This document shows, in pieces, positions 42,863-64,000 of a stretch of 64,000 nucleotides of DNA. Under the pieces are notes generated by a model. The model saw only the letters and a program-made list of their open reading frames with translations. It did no database searches and was not told the DNA's origin. How positions within the stretch are numbered: the first letter of the stretch is position 1; the number at the start of each line of letters is the position of its first letter. Position numbers and translations under genes: made by a program. Source of the stretch: Eledone cirrhosa (lineage: Eukaryota); assembly GCA_964016885.1 (NCBI GenBank), contig OZ024760.1:17732001-17796000 (forward strand), in the 5' to 3' direction.

Positions 42863-42972
42863 GCTTACAAGTGTTTCCACGGTGGTACTGCAGCCTAGTT
42901 ATGCTACGTGCAAATTCACAAGTACTTGCAGAACTCAAATATCCAATGCTGTGACCACTGTTTCCTCAGAGC
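42863..42972 (-). ncRNA. Degenerate type I hammerhead with long stem II
   Basis: GCT-CTGAGGA-AACAGTGGT...ACCACCGTG-GAAA-CACTT-GTA-AGC. Stem I is only 3 bp and stem II has mismatches. Confidence 0.4.
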
Positions 42973-43156
42973 CGAATGGAAACACTTGTAAGCACACGGA
43001 ATAAATTACCTTTTTATGATGTCTACCTGTTATTATTCATTCTTTATATATATATTTATATATAGGAAAAGAGTCAGGACCCCGATGGCTGAGCCCCGGC
43101 CGTTTCGACAGCTGCTAGATCTGAACTAAGCCCCCAGTATTATAGACCGGCGGGAA

Positions 43157-43251
<95 letters not shown>

Positions 43252-43468
43252 AGTGAGGTTTTTTTTACAAATTGAAAAATAACCGAGGTGTCCTACACGA
43301 GTGAAAGTATAAAGAAAAAGAGATGAAATCGAAAATGCAAATGGAGTCTTATTTTCTTAAAAAATATAGATATTTATTTGGTTCCTTTACCGGTTTCGCA
43401 GTTCTTCTGCTTTTCAAAAGTAGAGTTGAGATGGAGGGTCTGTGGCTTTTCTCACATCTGTGGTTTTT

Positions 43469-43552
<84 letters not shown>

Positions 43553-43753
43553 ACGAAGGAAATGTGGTAAGGAACCAGGTGGACCATAACGCACCAAAGT
43601 ACTCAATACTTGAGGTAGTAGAGTGGGTAATAGGAACCAGTAAGACCCCGACAGCTGAGCTCAAGCCGTTTCGACGGCTAATTCTGGACTGAACTTGAGT
43701 CCAGAATTAGCCGTCGAAACGGCTTGAGCTCAGCTGTCGGGGTCTTACTGGTT

Positions 43754-43788
<35 letters not shown>

Positions 43789-43899
43789 CTCCAGTTCCTC
43801 AGTGAATTAACAACCCAACAAGGAACTGGGCATATCAGAGTATTGACAATATTATACACCTAAACAACATATGTACTTGTCTATACCATACTAATTCAA

Positions 43900-43954
43900 A
43901 CTGCCTGAAGAGGTCACAGCCAAAGATGGCTGTCACTGAAATATATATAGCAGT
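43900..43954 (+). ncRNA. Minimal type I hammerhead ribozyme
   Basis: ACTGC-CTGAAGA-GGTCACAGCCA aaga TGGCTGTCACT-GAAA-TATATA-TA-GCAGT, followed directly by AATAAA. Confidence 0.75.
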
Positions 43955-43998
43955 AATAAACGAAGCTAAATTTTAATCATTTGACTTTTATTTTACTT

Positions 43999-44081
<83 letters not shown>

Positions 44082-44256
44082 TCATATTTTATTTGTTTGA
44101 CCCGAATTACTTGGTTGTTTCTATGGCGGTGCGGATAATGGTTTAACCATCATCTCAGTGTGTTTGGCCTTTTAACTTATGTTGTTGCTCTGGTTCACTA
44201 GCTTCTATGGAACGCTTGCCACACATCTCTGAATACGATTCTCGCTAATTTATATT

Positions 44257-44291
<35 letters not shown>

Positions 44292-44444
44292 CGAAGGAAA
44301 TGTGGTAAGGAACCAGGTGGACCATAACGCACCAAAGTACTCAATACTTAGGGTAGTAGAGTGGGTAATAGGTACAAGTAAGACCCCGAGGGCTGAATTA
44401 GCCGTCGAAACGGCTTGAGCTCAGCCGTCGGGGTCTTACTTGTT

Positions 44445-44487
<43 letters not shown>

Positions 44488-44489
44488 TC

Positions 44490-44725
44490 TTTAACCTGTT
44501 CCAGCCATCCAGCTGAGGCCATGCTGGGGCACCACACTTCTTGCTACACGTTCTATCGCCAGCCTGTGTTGGCTGGCCATTGGTGAAAGAGGGAGTTCGT
44601 TGCTGTTGCTGTGGGCTCATCTGGAATCCTGGATAACAGAACGTCAACATGTTTCTTGAAAACATCCACGTCCATACCATATGCAGATCTCTCAAATTTC
44701 TTGGCGGCTTGTTGAAATTCATTTT
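44490..44725 (-). mobile_element. CR1-type LINE 3' end
   Basis: FNKPPRNLRDL / DVFKKHVDVLLSRIPDEP fragments; tail GGTGCCCCAGCATGGCC. Confidence 0.65.
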
Positions 44726-45184
44726 ACTCTAGCGTTGCGCCGGCAACCACATACATTTTATGGTAGATATGAAACTAGAGCCAGTAGAATACGTAATCCT
44801 CCCTACATATTTCGGAATAGAATATTATGTCCTGAAATAAAAAAGTAACCTCGACATATCACCTGTTTTATATGTTGTTTGCGATTCCACCTTTTCGTTA
44901 GATTTTATTCATATAGACACATGTCATAGCTCAAACTAATTTAACTAATTACAAGGCTTGTTTTTCCTTCTTTTTATTGAGCAATCTCTAAGAAAAAAAA
45001 AATACTTCGTGTTCAAATGAAGTGAGATGTGTACTGCGAAACACGTGTGCGTTTTACTACACACGCTCACACATTCTCTCTTTCTCTCTCACACACATAC
45101 ACACGTACGTATTTATTTCCAGAAACCAGTAAAATAATAAAGAAAGACAGAAAATATAAATAAATACATGATACATATTAGAAG

Positions 45185-45229
<45 letters not shown>

Positions 45230-45611
45230 TATAGATATATATGAAGAGGGGAGGAATGAACAGTTATGTAAGTAAGTCACCTTAAAATATGTTAAATGAA
45301 GAAGTATTTAATGTAAACCATGTGTGAATGTTTCAACTTTTATTCGCAATGATAATATGGGGGGAAAAAATAATAATATATTCATGCATCCCTGCATATG
45401 TGAGAATGGAATCTTGATTCCAAATATATCTTCAGGTTCTGGCGTATTTCCAGCTGAGAAATCTCCAAGCCCTTATATTCTTCTATTATATAACCCTTAA
45501 ATAGTGCTACCATTTTTCACAGGTTTTAATCCTCGCCTTGAAAATTACTGTCCTCCTCAAACCAACACAGTTCACCTTATATACAAACAGCGAGAATTCT
45601 TTTCAGGTGTA

Positions 45612-45661
<50 letters not shown>

Positions 45662-46723
45662 CGCACATATATATATAGAGAGAGAGATAGATAGATATAC
45701 GTACATATATATATATATATATGTACGTATATCTATCTATCTCTCTCTATATATATATGTACGTATATATATATACATATATATATACACACACATACAC
45801 CTGAAAAGAATATATATATATATATATACTTACACATATATATATACACACATACATATTTATACACTCACATGCACATGCATGCAAAAAGACATATATA
45901 TAGATATATACATACATATACATGTGTATATATATATCATCACCGTTTAACGTCTATTTTTCCACGCTACCATGGGTTTATATACATATATACATACATA
46001 TATATACAGATATATATATACACATATATATATACATACATATATATATACACAAATATATATACACATATATATATATACATACATATATACACAAATA
46101 TATATAGAGACATATGGATACATATATATATATAATATACATATATATATACTTATATATATATATATATATATATACATAAATATATATACATACATAT
46201 ATATATATATACATACATATATATACATATACATATATATACATACATATATATACATATCATACATATACATATCATACATATACATATATATATATAT
46301 ATACATATATGATATATATATATATATACATATATATGATCATTCTTAATGGCGTGTTGTGTCCTTGAGCAAGACACTTCATTTCACTTTGATCCAATCC
46401 ACTCAGCAGGAGAACAATATAAGCTGTACCTCTAATTCAAAGTGTTAGTCTTGTCACACACAATATTCTGCTGAATCTCCCTGAGAACTACGTTAAATGT
46501 GTACGTACGTGTGGAATGCTGAGCCACTTGCACGTTAATTGCACCAACTAGAACACTCATCGTCGAAACTGACGGAGGTTCGACATGTATGTATATATGT
46601 ACATATGTATGCATTAGTGTATGTGTTTATGTATGTGTGTATATACATATGCCTATATATATATATATATATATGTATATATGTGTGTGTGTGTGTGTAT
46701 ATATATATTTATATATGTCACGT

Positions 46724-46762
<39 letters not shown>

Positions 46763-47411
46763 GTGACATTAATGGGTTACGAACAAAAAAGAAATGGTAT
46801 ATTCAGCACCATGGGTGATATATAAATAATTTACTTAAATTCAGTCAACCAGAACCAAAACTGGCAAAAATGCAGGGTTTTCATTGGTGGTCACGCTTGA
46901 GAATTCGGCCAATGAAATAACGAATATTTGAAATGAAACACGTGGTTGGACAACGGGAAATAATTCAAGACATTTTTTTTTCACGGTTCCATAACAGAAT
47001 TGTTATTATTTTACTGCGGTGGATTGGCAGTATCGGTAGAGGGTCGGACGCCATGTTTTACAGCATAGTTACGTCCCTTTATGATCTGAGTTCAATTCCC
47101 GCCGAGGTTGACTTTGCCTTTCATCCTTACGGGGTCGATAAAATAAAATACCAGTAATGCACTGGGTAATTGCTGGCCTTGTGCCTAAAGTAGAAACAAT
47201 TATTTTACTGCGGTGGATTGGCAGTATCGGTAGAGGGTCGGACGCCATGTTTTACAGCATAGTTACGTCCCTTTATGATCTGAGTTCAATTCCCGCCGAG
47301 GTTAACTTTGCCTTTCATCCTTACGGGGTCGATAAAATAAAGTACCAGTAACGTATTGGGATAATTACTGGCCTTATGCCAAAAAAAAGAAACAATTATT
47401 ATTTGCTGACC

Positions 47412-47985
47412 AGAATGAATATATGCAATTGTTTATAACTTTACCTAACTTGGCCTATTAATCCGTATGGTGAGCAAATGGGGTCCCGTGGGCTGGCCTC
47501 CCCACAGCCTCGGTGGACAGGATGGAGAAGGCGTTTCTCTGGAGGATGGTAAGGGAGAAGCGCTGGAAGAGCCATTCCAACTCGCGAGGCTCACACCTGC
47601 GGCTGGCCAGCTCGGCGCCTATGGTGGTGAGTAGAGAGGTAGCCCTAGGACCAAGGACACCAGAAGTTTCCACTGCTACAGGTGGTCAACTCGGCGCCTA
47701 TAGTGGTAAGTAGAGAGGTAGCCCTAGGACCAAGGACACCAGAAGTTTCCACTGCTACAGGTGGTCAACTCGGCGCCTATAGTGGTAAGTAGAGAGGTGG
47801 CCCTAGGACCAAGGACACCAGAAGTTTCCAGAGAAGACACCAGAAGTCTCCAAGGGCACGACCGCGAATCTGTCGGAGAGTGACCGGTACTTGGAGGCCA
47901 GCACGTGGGACCCCATTTGCCCACCATACGGATTAATAGGCAAAGTTAGGCAAAGTTATAAACGATTGTATGTATTCATTCTGTA
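47412..47985 (-). mobile_element. CRE-like non-LTR fragment (restriction-like endonuclease C-terminus) with inverted terminal duplication
   Basis: ETSGVLGPRATSLLTTIGAELASRRCEPRELEWLFQRFSLTILQRNAFSIL; ~85-bp inverted repeat at the ends; internal tandem duplication. Confidence 0.65.
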
Positions 47986-48897
47986 AATAATTACATAGTA
48001 TCTCACTTTCCAACAGAATTGTTTAGAACACTGAACAACATTCCTCGTGCTATATCTTCCAACCTTTTACGTTCTGAGTTCAAATCTCGCCGAGGTCAAC
48101 TTTGCCTTCAGTGTCGATAAAATAAGTACCAGGCTATGGTAGGGGTCAATATAATCAACTTTACACTTTCCACCCCACATAAATTGTTGGACGTAGGCTT
48201 AAATTAGAAAACAGCAGAAGTATCGATAGACCGTCGGGCCCCATGCTTCACAGCATGGAGTTATCTTCCTTGACATTGAGTTCAAATCCCACCGAGGTTA
48301 ACTTTGCCTTTCCCCCTTTCAGGGTCGATAAAATAAAGTACCACTCACGTACTGGGGGAAGGGTCGATATAATCAACGTTAACCTTTGCCCCATATACAT
48401 TGTTGGTCGTGGACCTCAATTAGAAATGTTATTGTTTTAATACATACATGTATCAAGGGCTCCTGAGTCCAGTAAGACAACCTCTCTGGTGCTAGTGGCA
48501 CGAATAAAGCCACCCAGTCCACGCTGTAAAGTGGTGCTGATGTGAGGAAGGGCATCCAACCAGTGTATTAATGCCAAAACAATTATGATGATGATGATGG
48601 TGTGTGAGTGAACTCGCTTGACCCTATTAAAATCACATCGGCGCGAGTTCGTGTAATATCACGTCAACGCGGGATTTCGCGAGATATTGTTCCCCCACAT
48701 TGAAAGGAAGCGTTTCGTTTATTATTTTATTTCATGTCAAGAATTTCTAAACCAGAACTGCAGAACGAAGGTTCTAGTTGGACATAAATATTATTGTTTC
48801 TTGAAACTCAGTTTCATTCAATTATATATGCATATATATATATATATGTTTATATATATATATATATACATACATATACATACATAAATGTATATTT

Positions 48898-48933
<36 letters not shown>

Positions 48934-48971
48934 GTTTATATACATACATATACATACATAAATGTATATTT

Positions 48972-49005
<34 letters not shown>

Positions 49006-49055
49006 GTTTATATATATATATATATACATACATATACATACATAAATGTATATTT

Positions 49056-49087
<32 letters not shown>

Positions 49088-49131
49088 GTTTATATATATA
49101 TATATATATACATATACATACATAAATGTAT

Positions 49132-49203
<72 letters not shown>

Positions 49204-49719
49204 TCACATATATATATATATACACACACATATACATACATATGTACACATCATGCATGTGTGTGTGTGTAAAGATTTATTTATAGAGAAGCGTGTCTAC
49301 ATGTTAACTCATATCTGCGGGGGCTTCCGATTCTAGAGTCAGGTTCGATCATTAATCGATCGGTCCTCGAGCTGATCGACAGTGAAACATATGTAATATT
49401 TATATAGTAGACTACTGGTGAATTGTATCAGTAGTAGTAGCACTCAGACCATAGGACGAGTTTGGTAGAAGTAGTTCCACAACAGTTAGTTGACCATTTC
49501 CGAGAACAATTTGTTTCCCCTAAGACGGATTATCAGCTGGGTTTAAGCAAAGAATCGGTGCTTTCACCCTTCAGGGAGTCTTTTGAAAGCAGTGATTCTT
49601 TGCTTAAACTTTAATCTGTTCTTATAATAAATATTTTCTCTACGGTTCTTATATATATATTCTATATATATAATCCTTATCGAGCCCTCTTCGGATTTTA
49701 GTCTTCACATTTATTATTA

Positions 49720-49990
49720 CTATATTTATATATATATATATTATATATATATATATATTATATATTTATATATATATATTATATATATATATATATATTA
49801 TATATATAATATATATATATATAATATATATATATATATATTATATATATAATATATATATATATAATATATATATATATATATTATATATATATATATT
49901 ATATATATATATATATTATATATTTATATATATATATATATTATATATATATTATATATATATTATATATTTATATATATATATTATATA

Positions 49991-50035
<45 letters not shown>

Positions 50036-50137
50036 ATATATATTATATATATATATATATATTATATATTTATATATATATATTATATATTTATATATAT
50101 ATATTATATATATATATATATTATATATATATATAAT

Positions 50138-50169
<32 letters not shown>

Positions 50170-50525
50170 ATATATATTATATATATATATATTATATATA
50201 TATATATTATATATTATATATATATATATTATATATATATATATTATATATATATATATTATATATATTATATATATATATTATATATTATATATATTAT
50301 ATATATATATTATATATTATATATATTATATATATATATATATTATATATTATATATTATATATATATATTATATATATATATATATATATAATATATAT
50401 ATAATATATATATATATATAAATATATAATATATATATATATATAATATATATATATATATAATATATATATATATATATTATATATATATATATTATAT
50501 ATATAATATATATATATAATATATA

Positions 50526-50596
<71 letters not shown>

Positions 50597-50600
50597 ATTA
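49720..50600. repeat. ~880-bp tract of A/T only, (TA)n with periodic TT/AA slips
   Basis: No G or C seen over this interval. Confidence 0.95.
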
Positions 50601-50725
50601 TATCAATAATTTTAATAAATGATACTCCAGATAAATATTGTTGAGTGCTTCTAATCGGTTGTAAAATTAACTTTGTTGAATAATCAACAAACCAAATAAT
50701 TCATTGTTTATACATATATATATAC

Positions 50726-50784
<59 letters not shown>

Positions 50785-50992
50785 TGTATGTATATATGTG
50801 TGTACGTATGTATGTATGTATGTATGTATGTATGTATGTATGTATGTATGTATGTATGTATGTATGTATGTGTTTGTGAGTTCTGCCCTAATGTGGAGAC
50901 ATTATTGAAGAAATTCTCATTTGCCTTCCAGTCTCCTCAGTCGTTTCTTTTCACTAGATAATGTCCACTGGCCACTGTCCACTCGATACAAA

Positions 50993-51069
<77 letters not shown>

Positions 51070-51478
51070 CAATCAACCAATCTGTAAAATAACAGTGTCT
51101 CAAAACTATAAAAAATCGATCGTTCTTTAATAATTCCCGATCAGTTTCAGTTAAAACTAACAGGAATATTCCATCACAATCGAACTCACAGAAAAAAAAA
51201 ATGTTCTTTCTCTCCCATTTGTTTTTGTTCTTGTTATTGTTGATGTTGTCATTCTTTTTATTCTTCCTCTCATAACTTTATATTTTATTTTATCAATTTT
51301 TTTTTAATCCATTTCAGATTCTTGTTTGGTTTTTCGTTTTTTTATATTTAATTTTGATTTTGAATATTTTTTGTGTGTGGGGGGGATTTACATTTTTTTC
51401 TGTTTTACGATTTTTTTTTCAAATTATTATTATTATTATTTTTTTTTTTTTTCAAAAAAAAACGATATTTTTTATGGT

Positions 51479-62208
<10,730 letters not shown>

Positions 62209-62799
62209 TGCAGCAGACAACTTTAAAGTGCAGCAACAGAAAAGGTTTTTATATATAAAAATTACGGCCTTTTCAGACTTCGGTGTAAAGGCGTTTTACG
62301 TTAAAAAAATCTTCACTAACGCGCATTATTGCTGCTGTTGTTGTTGTTATTTTTTTTTTGAAATTTTTCTGCGCGTCTTACTTTAGTTTGTTTTGTTGTT
62401 TTTTGTTGTTGTTTTTTTTTTGTCTTTTGTTGTTATTCCAGTTGTTATGGTTTCTATTTTACTGCTTTTTCTCTTCTTTCGTTTTTGTTTTTTTGTTTGT
62501 TTGTGGTTTTCTTTTCTCCCCTTCTTATTATCACTCAAATGACTCAGCGAAAAATGTCCTGCATTCTTGTGTTAGTAAAAATACCCTAAATATAACAGGA
62601 AAAAAAAAACTATATATATAAATATGAATATGTATAAATATATATAAATATAAATAAATATACGAAGGAGCTGTCAATTTGTTTACTAATGGATCGATTC
62701 ATCTAGAACAACAAAAGCTGTTCTATTCTCTTGTGTACTGGGTATGTTCACTATAAATCTACGTCAACATCGTAACCTTGTTTAGATTTCATAATAGGT

Positions 62800-63735
62800 A
62801 GGGTCTATAGAAGTGGTTGATAGCTTCCGATACCTAGGTGACCAGATTAGCAAGGGAGGAAGGTGCTCCGAGGCCATAGTATCTAGAATAAGGACGGGTT
62901 GGAAGAAGTTTAGGGAGCTGATTCCTCTGTTGACAAAGGGTTTCTGTACACAATGCAGATCTTGGGTACACAAGAGATGTAGTGGGTTAGCATGGCAAAC
63001 TAACAGGTAGGGAAAACTACGTATGCAGTAGATGTACAGGGACATTTGACAGTAGAAGTCGCAGTGATAGACACATTTTTCAAATGCAGGTGGGTTCTAT
63101 AGAAGTGGTTGATAGTTCCCGGTACCTAGGTGATCAGATTAGCAAGGGAGGGGGGGGGGGGTGCTCCGAGGCCATAGTATCTAGAATAAGGACGAGTTAG
63201 AAGAACTTTAGGGAGTTGCTTCCTCTGTAGACAAAGAAGGGTTTCTCCCTACGAACAAAAGGCCAGTTATATGATGCCTGTGTGAGATGCGCGATGCTGC
63301 ATGGTAATGAGACATGGGCAGCAACTGTGAAAGATATGCGACGGCTGGAGAGAAATGAAGCAAGCATGCTGCGTTGGATGTGCATTGTCAATGTGTATGA
63401 ACGACCAAGCATAGATAAGTTGAGAGAGAAACTGTATAAGAGGGATAGGCTGTAATGTGCAAGAGAGAAGATTGCGTTGGTATGGACATGTGATGTGCAT
63501 GGAGGATGACCACTGGGTAAAGAGGTGCTAAGAAATCCCAGTAGAAGGAAGACGCAGTAGAGGAAGACCACGAAAAACATGGGCGGAGGTGGTGAGAGCA
63601 GACCTCAGATCGCTGAAGCTCATGGAGGAGATGACGAAGGACCGTGACGACTGGAGAGATGCTGTGCTAAATAGGACCTGTCCCACCTTTGCGAGCATGG
63701 AAAAGCGGACGTAAAATGATGATGATGATGATGAT
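62800..63735 (+). mobile_element. RTE-clade LINE 3' fragment with (GAT)n tail and partial 5' duplication
   Basis: VVDSFRYLGDQIS...RIRTGWKKFRELIPLL, LYDACVRCAMLHGNETWA, LRWYGHV, GRRSRGRPRKTW. Confidence 0.9.
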
Positions 63736-63872
63736 GAATAGATATCCACATCGTAACTGCCAGTTATATATTGAGCCAAACCTGAGCTTAACACTCAGTT
63801 TTCAATGCTGTCCAGTGGCAAGAAACTCTCAAGAGAGTTGGACAGCAGAAGTATACACACACACACATATAT

Positions 63873-63943
<71 letters not shown>

Positions 63944-64000
63944 TATATATAATATATATAGATATATAATATATATATATATAATATATATAATATATAT

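Noticed and set aside
45380-45610. Complex unique-looking sequence suggesting a hidden exon
   Set aside because: Stop codons in the candidate frames, no recognisable motif and no consistent splice partners.

Overview
AT-rich, microsatellite-laden eukaryotic DNA from an octopod cephalopod. It holds two multi-exon genes arranged tail-to-tail. On + is the visual rhabdomeric opsin (rhodopsin): 456 aa, CDS join(27324..27508,28788..28924,30582..31630), with a candidate TATA promoter and non-coding exon at ~4240-4327 separated from the coding exons by a ~22.9 kb intron. On - is an SDR16C-family retinol dehydrogenase (RDH10/RDHE2-like): 407 aa, six coding exons between 62208 and 51479. The rest is repeats: many tRNA-derived SINEs, RTE/CR1/CRE LINE fragments, a TTAA-flanked piggyBac-like MITE family, fold-back elements and several minisatellites, including a 76/69-bp higher-order array. 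The most notable unannotated layer is several distinct type I hammerhead ribozyme motifs, one with a U3-A8 covariant core. They sit in Penelope-like inverted-repeat elements that are inserted in or next to (TA)n tracts. All calls come from reading the sequence by eye; no searches or folding programs were run.
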